Below, one piece after another: positions 20,117-30,459 of a stretch of DNA of 64,000 nt. This stretch comes from Candidatus Woesearchaeota archaeon (GTDB lineage: Archaea; Nanobdellota; Nanobdellia; SCGC-AAA011-G17; PNOQ01). The stretch covers positions 4,566-68,565 of the forward strand of contig JABIBT010000018.1 in the NCBI GenBank assembly GCA_018652625.1, given 5' to 3'. A program made the position numbers and the translations under genes. Positions within the stretch are counted from its first letter, which is position 1; every line of letters begins with the position of its first letter. The notes beneath the pieces were generated by a model. That model did not search any database. It saw nothing but the letters and a program-made list of their open reading frames with translations, and was not told the origin of the DNA.

Positions 20117-21514
20117 ATGTACAAAGATTTAGCAGACTTTTCAATTGAATTTCTACAAAAAAAAGAAGTAGATTACGCAGAAGCAAGGCTAGAAACAAAT
20201 ACTTCAACAGGAATAATACTGAAAGATTCAAACCCAGAAATGACTGGATTTGATCAATCTTGTGGCCTGGGAATAAGATACTTAATAAATAAAAACTTGG
20301 GATTTGTTTCAATAAATGAATTAAGCAAAGAAAAATTAAAAGAGCAATTAGAAAAATCATTAAAACTAACAAGAAAAGCCTCAAAGATATCAGATAAAAT
20401 AGAGTTCTCAGAGAATAAAGCAATAAAGAAAACATACAAAGTAAATCAAAAACAAAATATTCAAGATTTTTCTCAGAAAGAAAAACTAAAATTCTTACAA
20501 GAGATAGATGGCTCAATAGATGCAAACCACAAATATCTTTCACTTTCAGATAATATTATTGAGAAATACTACGTAAATACAGAAGGGTCACAAATAACTT
20601 CAGAGATTCCAAGAGTTAATTTTTTCTATTTTTTAACTTTAGTAGAAAAAAACCAATCAATTCAAAGATATTTACAAAAAGGTGCAACAACAGGGTATGA
20701 AACCTTGAAAAACTGGAATTTAATTAACGAAATACAAAAAGAAGTAAAGGCATTAAGAGAAAATATAACAAAAGGGGTACCCGCTCCAAAAGAAGAGTTA
20801 GATATAGTAGTTGCTCCAGAAGTAACTGGCATAGCAGTTCACGAAGCATGTGGACACCCAACAGAAGCAGACAGAATTTTTGGAAGAGAAGCAGCACAAG
20901 CTGGAGAATCTTTTATAACTCAAGGAATGATAAATGATGAAATAGGTTCAGAAAATGTAACAATAGTAGATGATCCAACATTAGAAAAAAGTTACGGACA
21001 CTACATGTACGATGATGAAGGAATAAGGGCTAGAGAAAGGGTTCTATTCAAAAACGGAAAAATAAATGAATTTCTACATGATAGACAATCTTCACGAAGC
21101 ATGAATATAAAAAGTAATGGTTCATCAAGAGCAAATCATTATTCTGTAGAGCCAATGGTTAGAATGGCAAATACTTATCTTAAACCGGGGAAAATTTCGG
21201 AAGAAGAAATGATTAAAGAAACAAAAAAAGGCGTTTATATTAAGAACTTTATGGAATGGAATATAGATGATAAAAGATACCAACAAAAATATGTTGGTAA
21301 CGAAGCATATTTAATAGAAAATGGAGAATTAACAAAGCCAGTAAAATCTCCAGCTTTAGAATTAACAACACCAAAACTTTGGTCCTCAATAGATATGATT
21401 GGAAATAATTTACAATTTTTTGCAGGTACGTGCGGTAAAGGAGAGCCAATGCAAGGAATACCTGTGTTCATGGGTGGCCCATCTATAAGATTAAGACATA
21501 TCAAGTTATCATAA
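20117..21514 (+). CDS. tldD: TldD metalloprotease subunit
   Basis: HEACGHPTEADR, DDEG, RMANTY, GTCGKGEPMQ. Confidence 0.9.
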   Translation: MYKDLADFSIEFLQKKEVDYAEARLETNTSTGIILKDSNPEMTGFDQSCGLGIRYLINKNLGFVSINELSKEKLKEQLEKSLKLTRKASKISDKIEFSENKAIKKTYKVNQKQNIQDFSQKEKLKFLQEIDGSIDANHKYLSLSDNIIEKYYVNTEGSQITSEIPRVNFFYFLTLVEKNQSIQRYLQKGATTGYETLKNWNLINEIQKEVKALRENITKGVPAPKEELDIVVAPEVTGIAVHEACGHPTEADRIFGREAAQAGESFITQGMINDEIGSENVTIVDDPTLEKSYGHYMYDDEGIRARERVLFKNGKINEFLHDRQSSRSMNIKSNGSSRANHYSVEPMVRMANTYLKPGKISEEEMIKETKKGVYIKNFMEWNIDDKRYQQKYVGNEAYLIENGELTKPVKSPALELTTPKLWSSIDMIGNNLQFFAGTCGKGEPMQGIPVFMGGPSIRLRHIKLS

Positions 21515-21996
21515 TGGATAGATTTCACAAGGCTTTTGAAATGGCTGTAAAAGCTCATGAAAATCAGATAAGAGAATTAACAGGATCTCCAGTAATAGTT
21601 CATCCTTTAGCAGTTATGGGAATTCTAAGAAATTTTGGAATAAAAGATGAAGATATTTTAATTGCTGCAGTATTACATGATGTTGTTGAAGATTCTTCTA
21701 TAACTTTGGAAGAAGTAAAAAAAGAATTTGGAGACAGAGTAGCAGATTTAGTTGACCAAGTTTCAAAAAAACAAGATAAAACCTATCCAATAAGAGATGA
21801 ATCCGGAGTAGTATTAAAAATGGCAGACCTAATTCACAATGGGCTTTGCATGCCAAAAGACAATGAAAAGAAAATTAATAATTATATAAGGAGAGTAGAC
21901 CTAATAATTAAAAATTACCCCCAATTAATGAATTCTTACCCAGAAATATTCAAATACCTAAAAAAAATTCTGAAAAAAGTCAAAGCCTTGAGATAG
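21514..21996 (+). CDS. HD-domain hydrolase, RelA/SpoT-type (Mesh1/small alarmone hydrolase-like)
   Basis: AH-x2-Q-x-R, HP-x2-V, AAVLHDVVED, KMAD-x2-HN; TAATG overlap with tldD. Confidence 0.8.
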   Translation: MDRFHKAFEMAVKAHENQIRELTGSPVIVHPLAVMGILRNFGIKDEDILIAAVLHDVVEDSSITLEEVKKEFGDRVADLVDQVSKKQDKTYPIRDESGVVLKMADLIHNGLCMPKDNEKKINNYIRRVDLIIKNYPQLMNSYPEIFKYLKKILKKVKALR

Positions 21997-22438
21997 AACT
22001 TCCTCTTTTTATTTCTTCTATAGATCTACCACAAGCAGGGCAAACCCTTGGCCACATCTTTATTGGATTATATTTAAAACCAAAACCACATTTATCACAA
22101 ATATATTTTATTCTATCATCTTGTACTTTAGGTTTTACAACTTCTCTTTTTTTAAATTCGCCACTTTTTAAGGCCTCACGTTCATCATAAATAACAATAG
22201 AACTTGGTTTTTCCTCAACTACCTCTTTTTCCTCAACAGATTTATTCGATTCTGCCTTTTTTCCTATTTTTTTAATACCTACACTATGAAAACAATTGCT
22301 GCAAACCATAACTCCCAAATCATCATCTATCTTAAAATCTTTAGCTGGAGCTTTATTCCCACACTTCTTACATTTAGCATATAATTCCTCTTTTGGCTTT
22401 GTATCAAAATAACCTTCATCAAAACTAATCTTTTCCAT
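21980..22438 (-). CDS. Double zinc-ribbon protein
   Basis: Four CxxC pairs (CKKC/CSNC and CDKC/CPAC). Confidence 0.7.
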   Translation of the reverse strand: MEKISFDEGYFDTKPKEELYAKCKKCGNKAPAKDFKIDDDLGVMVCSNCFHSVGIKKIGKKAESNKSVEEKEVVEEKPSSIVIYDEREALKSGEFKKREVVKPKVQDDRIKYICDKCGFGFKYNPIKMWPRVCPACGRSIEEIKRGSSISRL

Positions 22439-22516
22439 CTTTTTGGGAGAATACCGTGACTTAAAAAGATTATACTAAGAAAAAACTATATATTGATTAA
22501 CAATATACTACTAACT

Positions 22517-22544
22517 AATAGTTACAAATAGAAAGATTTATAAA
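22517..22544 (+). promoter_or_regulatory. 28-bp motif B copy (conserved element plus BRE/TATA)
   Basis: AATAGTTACAAATAGAAAGATTTATAAA, 30 nt before ATG 22574; aligns without gaps to three other copies. Confidence 0.7.
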
Positions 22545-22573
22545 CCGGAAATTGTGATTTTTTATTAGATAAA

Positions 22574-23620
22574 ATGGGATTAGAGAGAAAACTAGCGGAA
22601 GTAGAGGTCTTAGCTAGTGATTTAGCTAAAAAAGCTTATTCTGCAGACTATGGAGAAGATAGTTATTTAGGGAGCAGATTAGAAGAATTAAATACAGATG
22701 TTAGAAACTTAGAAATAGCATACCATAGAGCAAAAAAATTACTAAAAAAGAAAGATAAAGCACTTGCTGCAGGAGCATTAGGAGATTTAGTGAAAAGGCA
22801 AAAGAACCTCGCAGATAATTTAAATAGGACTATGCAAATAATTTATTCTGGAACTTCTTTTTATTTTGATGAAGACATAGACTTGAGAAAATTAGAGGAA
22901 AATACAAAATCAGCCCCCCTAATAAATAATAAGTGGAGCATGTATTATTATTTTATGAAATTTCATAGTCCAAAAAATACATTATCAAGAACAAGAAATA
23001 ATGATGGACATGGAAATACACTAAAAACGATTAGAAAAACGGAAAAAGAAGATAGAATAAGTTATGGGATCAAGGAAAGATATCATTTGTTAAGTCGTAC
23101 AGGTGTAGTTGGTGCAACAGATTGGATGCAATCTGAACTAGAAAAATATCTAATTGGAGCAAAAACAATATTGGAAACAATCTCAGAAGATAATTCACAA
23201 AAATTGGCTCCTAACAGAAGTAGACAAAGTGTAACAATAAAAAGAGCTAGAAATTTTTCAAACAGACATAGGGGTGGAATTATAGCCGCAACAATTGGAG
23301 CACTATTGGCAACTGGTTTTGTTGGAGGTACTGCCTATGAAAAGATACAACTGGCAAATGCAGAAAAACAACGAGCAGAACTAAAAGCAGAAAAAGAAGC
23401 AAGCGGAAGGGGCACAGCAGAGCATATGATTGAATTAAATTCTGGAATTAGAACTAGGTTTGATAATTGGGAGATATTTGGGAATCAAGAACAGTATGAA
23501 ATGATACTAAATAAAAGAATAAAATCCCATTTAGAATTGTTTGGAACCAACGGTCTAAATAAAGATAATTTTTATGTAAAGAAATATTTGGAAGAACATC
23601 CAGTTGAGGTGGGGGAATAA
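22574..23620 (+). CDS. Hypothetical single-TM protein (MGLE family, copy 1)
   Basis: 348 aa; N-terminal about 240 aa similar to the next gene; TM after RHRG. Confidence 0.7.
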   Translation: MGLERKLAEVEVLASDLAKKAYSADYGEDSYLGSRLEELNTDVRNLEIAYHRAKKLLKKKDKALAAGALGDLVKRQKNLADNLNRTMQIIYSGTSFYFDEDIDLRKLEENTKSAPLINNKWSMYYYFMKFHSPKNTLSRTRNNDGHGNTLKTIRKTEKEDRISYGIKERYHLLSRTGVVGATDWMQSELEKYLIGAKTILETISEDNSQKLAPNRSRQSVTIKRARNFSNRHRGGIIAATIGALLATGFVGGTAYEKIQLANAEKQRAELKAEKEASGRGTAEHMIELNSGIRTRFDNWEIFGNQEQYEMILNKRIKSHLELFGTNGLNKDNFYVKKYLEEHPVEVGE

Positions 23621-24678
23621 TGGGTTTAGAAAAAAGATTAGCGGAAGTGGATTTACTAATAGAAGATCTTAGACACAGAGCTAAAGATACCTCCACAATA
23701 GACTATCTTGATGGCTTGTCTGGTAAAATATCTGTATTTCATAATTCATATAGATCTGCTAAAAGGTCGGTTGATTGGGGGGGAAATAATTCAGCTAATT
23801 TAAACGTTGGACAATTTGCCCTAACTGCAAAAAACATAGCAGATAATCTTAGTGGTATGATGCAAACTCTTTATGGGGCACACCCAGTTAAGTTAACAAA
23901 CTTAGAGAGAAATCTAGAAAACGCTCCTAAATCGGAAGAGGGAGAGAGTCTAAAAGATATATTCTTAAAATATCACGATGGAGGAAAAACCTCTCCATTA
24001 ATTCTAGCAAGACATGCATATGGACATGCAGAAGAGAATAAGATTTTACATTTTCCAGGAAATGCTCCTGCACTTATAGGAGACATCTCAGCATCTAGAT
24101 GGTTGAGCACAAATGTTGAAAAATATCTCAGTTTAGTAAAAGATTGTTTAGAAGTAATTTCAGAACAAGATTCAATAAACTTTGATGAAACCAGACTACC
24201 TGCAAATGTAGTTAGAAGAGCTATGAAGAATTATGCTAAGAGGCACAGAGGAACATTGGTAGCCCTTTTATCAGGAGCATCTATAGCCCTTGGTTCTTTA
24301 GGAACCATGTTTGCTAATAATATAGATAAAATGAATGAGTTTGAAGTATTGAAAACCTCCTATGAAGAAGTATACGGTCATGAGAATGCTAAAGGTCTGG
24401 AAGAGGCTGCAAATAAAGTATATGCTTTTGTAGATAGTTGCAATTCTGACAGTATGGGGGAACTATATTGTAGGGGAATGGCCCCTGGAACATTTGATGA
24501 TAGGATTTGGGATGGTGAATTTATAGAATTTAAAAAAAGAGTAGAATCTGGAGAATTATTGGGAGAAGGATTCCCAATGGGATTAGCAGAAGCAATGTTC
24601 ATGAAGGCAATAGAAGAGAAAGGATATGAACCAGAGTACAATATAACTTGGCCAAACAAAAACGAAGGAGACGAATAA
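23620..24678 (+). CDS. Hypothetical single-TM protein (MGLE family, copy 2)
   Basis: Shares MGLE-x2-LAEV, KN-x-ADNL-x3-MQ, EKYL, RHRG+TM with the upstream gene; TAATG coupling. Confidence 0.7.
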   Translation: MGLEKRLAEVDLLIEDLRHRAKDTSTIDYLDGLSGKISVFHNSYRSAKRSVDWGGNNSANLNVGQFALTAKNIADNLSGMMQTLYGAHPVKLTNLERNLENAPKSEEGESLKDIFLKYHDGGKTSPLILARHAYGHAEENKILHFPGNAPALIGDISASRWLSTNVEKYLSLVKDCLEVISEQDSINFDETRLPANVVRRAMKNYAKRHRGTLVALLSGASIALGSLGTMFANNIDKMNEFEVLKTSYEEVYGHENAKGLEEAANKVYAFVDSCNSDSMGELYCRGMAPGTFDDRIWDGEFIEFKKRVESGELLGEGFPMGLAEAMFMKAIEEKGYEPEYNITWPNKNEGDE

Positions 24679-24960
24679 ATGGCATTAAAATTAGAGGATA
24701 TACAAGCAGCTAATATGTATGCAGCTGATATTAAAGGATTGGTTGGTGTTAGATTGAAATGGACAGAAATACTAAAATTAGCACACTTACAAAAAGAGCA
24801 TAACATGGAAGCAATGTTTATGGTTCTTAAAGACCATTACGGAATTGATGCATTTGCTCTAAAAAATTCAAACGGACAATCACTTTTGGGAGATCCTGCA
24901 CTTATTAAATATCATCAAAGATATTCTCCAATGTGGAGACAAGAAACAGAATTAGTTTAA
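24679..24960 (+). CDS. Hypothetical protein
   Basis: 93-aa ORF directly after the previous stop, with GGAG SD. Confidence 0.6.
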   Translation: MALKLEDIQAANMYAADIKGLVGVRLKWTEILKLAHLQKEHNMEAMFMVLKDHYGIDAFALKNSNGQSLLGDPALIKYHQRYSPMWRQETELV

Positions 24961-26775
24961 GAATTCTCTAACATCATCATAACTTCTACTACCGCGTAAT
25001 TCAATAGACTTAGGAAAATATTGTCTATAATTCTTCCAAGCATATCTTTCATCTAAATAAACAATAACTCCTTTATCAGTTTCACTTCTTATACATCTTC
25101 CAGCATTCTGTAAAACACTTGTAAAAGCAGGAATAACATAGCCATAATCCATCCCCTTTCCAAATTTTTCATCATAATATCTAATTAATTCTTTATTTTC
25201 TAAATCATTTTTGGCAAATGGCAAACCAACAACAATAACTGCTTTCAATTTATCCCCAAGCAAATCAATACTTTCTCCAAAACTACCAGAGCTAACAGCA
25301 ATCAAAGTACATCCTTCTTCTTTCAAATCAGAAAATCTCTTCAATATAGCCTCACGAGATAACTTATCCAAACCTTGCTCTTCAATAAATAAATTCTTGT
25401 CTTCAATTTTATCTTTAATCTTACTTATCAGCCCATAACTTGGAAAAAAGAATATTTTATTCCCTTTAATAATATCAATTAGTTCATTTACACTATCAGA
25501 TATCCTTTCATACATTTCTTCGTTTCTTTGACTATACTTTGTTGTAATGGCAGGAACCACCAAATCTAGTCTATTTTCTTTAGGGAAAGGATTTTCATAT
25601 TCAACTTTTAAGGGAAGATCCAAACCAAAGATTTCCTCATACATTTCTAAAGGATACAAAGTTCCAGACATAAAAATATTAGAATGGGACTCTTTTGTTA
25701 TGTCTTCCAAAACAATACTGGGATCTAAACAATTATAGAACAAAGAAATTATAGCTTTTCCTGTTCTTGTAAAACTTCTTTTCAGAATTCTAGAATATCT
25801 CTTATCTTCATTCTTCCACAAACTCAAAAAACCAGCCAAAGAATTGAGAAAACTTCTTTTTTCTTCTTCCATAACTTTATCGGCAGTATCAAATAAGTCA
25901 CTAATAAAATCCTCTTTTAAAACCTTGAATTCATCCTTACTAACTAAAATTTCATTATTTTCTAAACCCAACTTATCACTTAATAACATTAACTTATTTC
26001 GAATTTCAACTATCTCTGGTTCTAAATCTTGATTAAATCTACCTGCTTCTTTGATAGCAAAATCCAAACCGTACGTGCTAATATTATCACTCATTAAATC
26101 TCTAGCTCTAGAAGGCAAGTTATGCGCTTCATCCCAAATCAAAATGCAATTCTCAAGTTCTTTATTTATTTTTTTAAAAAACGCAGTTCTTGTGGTAGGA
26201 TTCAAAATATGAAAATAATCTACAATAATAACTTTAGCTTTTTTTGCAATATCTGCAGCAGCTTCAAACGCACAAACCTCGGACATCTCACACTTTTCAA
26301 CTAACTCTTCAACGTGAAAAATATTATTTTTTAATTCATCCATTAAAGGTTGAGTTGTAAATATTTTTGATTTATCATGATAATTTCTATAAAACTGACA
26401 TTCTTTATTTTCAATGGCATTTTTACAAAAAACCCTAAACTCATTTGAATTTAAATTTCCAACATCATCTCTAGGACACATCCACCTCTTTCCAATAAAG
26501 TCAGCTACTTGAAAGTTTACACCAGAATTATTTTTTATTTCCCTAAGAGTTTCAATAGCAATTTTATGATGTGTGTGTTTTGAAGTTAAAAAAATAACAC
26601 ATTTATCGTTTTCCAAAGCGTATTTTAAACAAGGTGCCAAGGTAGCAGCAGTTTTACCAACACCAGTAGGAACATTAGCCAAAACATCTTTTTTATGCTT
26701 TAAAGCAGTATTTACAACTTTAATAAAAGAATCTTGTCCCTTTCTATATGAATCAAATGGAAATAAATCTTTCAT
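24952..26775 (-). CDS. XPD/Rad3/DinG-family Fe-S DNA helicase
   Basis: Q motif YRKGQ, PTGVGKT, Fe-S cysteines, DEAHN, SGTL, FFPSY, QNAGRCIRSETD. Confidence 0.9.
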   Translation of the reverse strand: MKDLFPFDSYRKGQDSFIKVVNTALKHKKDVLANVPTGVGKTAATLAPCLKYALENDKCVIFLTSKHTHHKIAIETLREIKNNSGVNFQVADFIGKRWMCPRDDVGNLNSNEFRVFCKNAIENKECQFYRNYHDKSKIFTTQPLMDELKNNIFHVEELVEKCEMSEVCAFEAAADIAKKAKVIIVDYFHILNPTTRTAFFKKINKELENCILIWDEAHNLPSRARDLMSDNISTYGLDFAIKEAGRFNQDLEPEIVEIRNKLMLLSDKLGLENNEILVSKDEFKVLKEDFISDLFDTADKVMEEEKRSFLNSLAGFLSLWKNEDKRYSRILKRSFTRTGKAIISLFYNCLDPSIVLEDITKESHSNIFMSGTLYPLEMYEEIFGLDLPLKVEYENPFPKENRLDLVVPAITTKYSQRNEEMYERISDSVNELIDIIKGNKIFFFPSYGLISKIKDKIEDKNLFIEEQGLDKLSREAILKRFSDLKEEGCTLIAVSSGSFGESIDLLGDKLKAVIVVGLPFAKNDLENKELIRYYDEKFGKGMDYGYVIPAFTSVLQNAGRCIRSETDKGVIVYLDERYAWKNYRQYFPKSIELRGSRSYDDVREFLN

Positions 26776-26837
26776 GAAAAATTAAAAAGAACACTCTTTA
26801 TAAAAACTTATATACTAAAAAATAAAAAAAGAAAAAA

Positions 26838-27032
26838 TTAACAAGGATGGCAATGTTTGAAAAACAATACTTTTAGACCCAATATTACAAATACGATTCC
26901 AAAAAATTGTTCTATGCTCAAATAACTGAACCAAACTCCAAGACCTAGTAAAATTGCTATTATTCCAAAGATTAATTTATGATTTTTACTAGGGCAACAT
27001 GTGTTTTTAGTTTCTACTTTTTTTGCTGGCAT
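26838..27032 (-). CDS. Small two-TM membrane protein with Cys/His-rich termini
   Basis: GGAGGTGA SD; two hydrophobic helices; CC at the N-terminus and KHCHPC at the C-terminus. Confidence 0.6.
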   Translation of the reverse strand: MPAKKVETKNTCCPSKNHKLIFGIIAILLGLGVWFSYLSIEQFFGIVFVILGLKVLFFKHCHPC

Positions 27033-27047
27033 ATAGTTTCACCTCCT

Positions 27048-27236
27048 TTATGATTTTATAAATCCTATAATTAGTTTAAAAGCACCAACTACAAACAAAA
27101 GCACTGCAAAAACTTGTTCTAGTGTCCATGCTCCACTCCATAATAAATATCCTAAAAATAGAGATATTAATCCACTAAGTATAAACAAAGCTCTTCCACC
27201 ATGATGTGGATAAATTCTTTGATTCTTTTTTACCAT
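27048..27236 (-). CDS. Small two-TM membrane protein (paralog of neighbour)
   Basis: GAGGTGA SD; shares G-x-I-x3-LG, EQ-x-F and G-x-x-K pattern with 26838-27032. Confidence 0.6.
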   Translation of the reverse strand: MVKKNQRIYPHHGGRALFILSGLISLFLGYLLWSGAWTLEQVFAVLLFVVGAFKLIIGFIKS

Positions 27237-27324
27237 TAAATAATCACCTCTGAAGTAAATATCGATTTTTTGATTTAAAAGCTTTTCTAATAAAGTTTAT
27301 ATATTCCAAATACAAAAAAAGATT

Positions 27325-27741
27325 ATGAATATTTTATTTATTTGTAAACACAACCGGTTTAGAAGTAAAGTTGCTGAAGCGCTTTTCAAAGAGTTAAATA
27401 AAAACAAAAAAGTAAACGCTTCTTCAGCAGGTTTAATGCAAGGAGATCCAATTTCGAGCAGAATAATAAAGATTACAAAGAGAAATAATATAAAAATAAA
27501 AGGAAAACCAAAATACTTAAGTGACAAATTGATTAGAGAACAAGATATAATTATTAATGTAGCAGAAAATGTCCCATCAAGAGTTTTTAGAGAATATAAG
27601 AAAGTAAAAACGATAAGTTGGAAAACTAGAGATGTTAGTGAAGGGTTGACACTAAGAGGATACAATTTACAAACAACCAGATTAATTGAAAGAATAAGAA
27701 AAAAGGTTGAAAAACTTGTAAAAAAACTAGAAAAGGTCTAA
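27325..27741 (+). CDS. Low-molecular-weight protein tyrosine phosphatase/ArsC-like protein
   Basis: ILFICKHNRFRSKVAE P-loop (C-x5-R) and SAG. Confidence 0.85.
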   Translation: MNILFICKHNRFRSKVAEALFKELNKNKKVNASSAGLMQGDPISSRIIKITKRNNIKIKGKPKYLSDKLIREQDIIINVAENVPSRVFREYKKVKTISWKTRDVSEGLTLRGYNLQTTRLIERIRKKVEKLVKKLEKV

Positions 27742-27794
27742 ACTATATTCTCCACTTAGATAATACTTTTAAAACAAACCGCTCTTTTTCTAGA

Positions 27795-28622
27795 ATGGCT
27801 CAAAGAATACAATCTCCTAGTTCAATAAATACTTACAAACAATGTCCAAGAAAGTATTATTACAACTATATTCTAAAATTACCAACACTAGCTTCTATAC
27901 ACCTAATCAGGGGAAAGATAGTTCATTCAGTTTTAGAGGATTTTTTCAAATTAGATATAGCATCAATACACGGAGACCATAAAGAATTTGAGTTGAATAT
28001 TTTACTTCAAAGTATGCTTAAAGAAAAATGGAATAATTCTATGGGGGAATTATTAAAAATTGGATTAGGACAACACAAATTAGATTTTTATTATGAAGAA
28101 TCTCAGGAAATGATAAACTCCTGGTTTGAATCTTTACTAAATAGAATACAGTTAAAACAAAACCAACATTTAACTTTTGATGAGGCATTCAATATATTAA
28201 AGCCAGAAACTGAAGTTTATTTCAAATCAGAAGAACACAAAGTACAAGGATTCATAGATGCAGTACATAGGATTGAAGGAGAAATTTCTTTAATAGATTA
28301 TAAATCTTCAAAAAAAGATACAATCTCCCCAGAATACAGATTACAATTAGCAATTTATGCCTTACTTTATTATGAAAAATATGGGAAGCATCCAAATATT
28401 GTTGGAGTAGACTTCTTAAGACACGGGATAAAATATCTAAAAGTGGATGAAGAACTAATAGAACTAGCAAAACAAGAATGTTCTTTAATTCAGGAAAATA
28501 CCATTTCAGAAGACTTAGAAGATTACCCTATGAAAACTTCTCCTTTATGTAAATGGTCAACTGGCCAGTGTGATTTTTATGATATTTGTTTTGGACAGAA
28601 AAAAATCGATGATTTTAAATAA
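27795..28622 (+). CDS. PD-(D/E)XK nuclease, AddB/Cas4-like with Fe-S staple
   Basis: SPS...CPRKY, GFID...IDYK, QLAIYA, C-terminal C-x6-C-x5-C. Confidence 0.85.
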   Translation: MAQRIQSPSSINTYKQCPRKYYYNYILKLPTLASIHLIRGKIVHSVLEDFFKLDIASIHGDHKEFELNILLQSMLKEKWNNSMGELLKIGLGQHKLDFYYEESQEMINSWFESLLNRIQLKQNQHLTFDEAFNILKPETEVYFKSEEHKVQGFIDAVHRIEGEISLIDYKSSKKDTISPEYRLQLAIYALLYYEKYGKHPNIVGVDFLRHGIKYLKVDEELIELAKQECSLIQENTISEDLEDYPMKTSPLCKWSTGQCDFYDICFGQKKIDDFK

Positions 28623-28644
28623 GTTATTCTAAACTTAAAAAACA

Positions 28645-29943
28645 ATGGAAACACTTTACTCACTAAGAAAAAGATTATTAGAAAAAGGAGCTGAAGATAT
28701 AGTTCTTACTAAATCAGAATCAGATGAATCCATGATTAAATTTGTAAACAACAAGATAGTAAAAACGGGTTTAGAGACAACTCATTCTATAGATATTTTT
28801 GTAGCTAAAGATAAAAAATTAGTAGCTACCTCATTAAAAGAATTTGATGAAAATTCCATAAACAAAATGGTACAAAAAATAATAGAATTTCTAAAAGCCT
28901 CACAAAAAAATAATTCTTACGTAACAATACCCGAAAATAAATTCAAATATCCAAAAATAGAAAATAGTTATGATTCCAAAATAAAAGACTGTGACCCCGT
29001 AGAGATTGTAAACACATCAATCAATGAAGCTTTAAAAAATGCAAAAAGAACGGCTGGAACCTTCCAAAGCTCAACAGGAAAAGTTTCAATTTTAACTTCA
29101 ACAGGGATAGAACAAGAAGATAAGTCTTCTTCATTGTATTTATCTTTGAGAGCGTTTGCAACAAAAGAAGCATCAGGGCATAAAACAGCAACATCTTCAA
29201 TCTTTAAAAAGTTCAATTATGAAAAAGCAGGAGAACAAGCAGGAGAAATAGCAAAACAAGCCTTAAATCCAGAAGAAGGAAAATCAGGAGAGTATGATGT
29301 TGTATTTTCACCATTGGCATTTGCTTCAATCTTAGATAACCTTGGAGAAGCTTCTTCTATTTTTAGTGTAGAATCTGGAATGTCTTTTTTACAAGAAAAA
29401 TTAAATGAAAACTTAGGTAACTTCAATTTAATTGATGATGGAACTTTAAATAATGGAGTAGGATCTTCTAAATTTGATGCAGAAGGACATCCAACCCAAA
29501 GAACAGAAGTAATTAAGGATGGAGTTTTAAAAACATATTTACATAATACTTCTTCTGCTAGTAGATACAAAACAAAATCAACTGGTAACGCCGGAATTAT
29601 TTCTCCTTCACCAACTAACTTAATTTTAGAAGGAAAAGAAGGAAATCCATTTAATATTGACAAGGGAATATACGTTTCGAACGTATGGTATACGCGTTTC
29701 CAAAATTATACTACTGGAGATTTTTCAACAATTCCTAGAGATGGAATGTTTATGATTAAAAACGGAGAAATTGATAAACCAATAAAAAATCTAAGAGTTT
29801 CTGAAAATGTTTTAAACATGTTAAAAAATATTTCTCTTTTTGGAAAAGATAAAGAACAAATTACTTCTTGGGAAGCCTCAATACCTTGTAATCTAGCTCC
29901 ACTATTAATAAAAAAAGTTAGAATGACAAAACCAACTGCGTAA
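28645..29943 (+). CDS. pmbA: TldE/PmbA subunit
   Basis: FDAEGHPT, STGNA, YTRFQN, TGDFS; lacks HExxH. Confidence 0.85.
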   Translation: METLYSLRKRLLEKGAEDIVLTKSESDESMIKFVNNKIVKTGLETTHSIDIFVAKDKKLVATSLKEFDENSINKMVQKIIEFLKASQKNNSYVTIPENKFKYPKIENSYDSKIKDCDPVEIVNTSINEALKNAKRTAGTFQSSTGKVSILTSTGIEQEDKSSSLYLSLRAFATKEASGHKTATSSIFKKFNYEKAGEQAGEIAKQALNPEEGKSGEYDVVFSPLAFASILDNLGEASSIFSVESGMSFLQEKLNENLGNFNLIDDGTLNNGVGSSKFDAEGHPTQRTEVIKDGVLKTYLHNTSSASRYKTKSTGNAGIISPSPTNLILEGKEGNPFNIDKGIYVSNVWYTRFQNYTTGDFSTIPRDGMFMIKNGEIDKPIKNLRVSENVLNMLKNISLFGKDKEQITSWEASIPCNLAPLLIKKVRMTKPTA

Positions 29944-29952
29944 ATTACTTTT

Positions 29953-30195
29953 TTAACTATTCTTCTTAAAAAAAGACTTAGTCATGCTAGTAATCCAAGA
30001 CCAATGTAAAATTAAATGAATTAAAACAAGAATTCCCATTGCAATGCCGCTTAAATCATGAATCTTATCTATATTCTGGAAATAAAAATCTCTTAATCCA
30101 AATGGAGGAAACTTAATTATTCCAGTAACAAAAACTAACAAGAAGGATATAAACAACCCAATATCTATAAAATAATTTAATTTTGCTTTATTCAT
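29953..30195 (-). CDS. DUF4405-like (cytochrome b-like) small membrane protein
   Basis: TGII, IH-x2-SG and IHLILHW histidines in two TM helices. Confidence 0.7.
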   Translation of the reverse strand: MNKAKLNYFIDIGLFISFLLVFVTGIIKFPPFGLRDFYFQNIDKIHDLSGIAMGILVLIHLILHWSWITSMTKSFFKKNS

Positions 30196-30235
30196 ATCTA
30201 CAACCTCTCTTTACTATTTATAAATTATGTGGATA

Positions 30236-30436
30236 TTACGTCCATTTAACATCTTTAAAATTATATTTAGTAGCAACTAAAATCACATCTACTAACCACC
30301 AAATTCCAAATCCGCCAAATGTAACTAGCTTTAACAAACCAGTTCCTATTTTGCCCATAATAAATCGGTCAACACCAAGGCTCCCAAAAACTACAGACAT
30401 AATAAGAGTCAATGTCCAATCAACTTTTCTTGCCAT
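30236..30436 (-). CDS. TM2-domain protein
   Basis: GSLGVDRF...GLLKLVTFGGFGIWWLVD signature. Confidence 0.9.
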   Translation of the reverse strand: MARKVDWTLTLIMSVVFGSLGVDRFIMGKIGTGLLKLVTFGGFGIWWLVDVILVATKYNFKDVKWT

Positions 30437-30459
30437 ATTATCTAATCTATTTAATTGGT

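Noticed and set aside
27795..28622. Cas4-like nuclease as evidence of CRISPR-Cas
   Set aside because: No repeat-spacer array or other cas gene in the window; solo AddB/Cas4-like nucleases are common in archaea.
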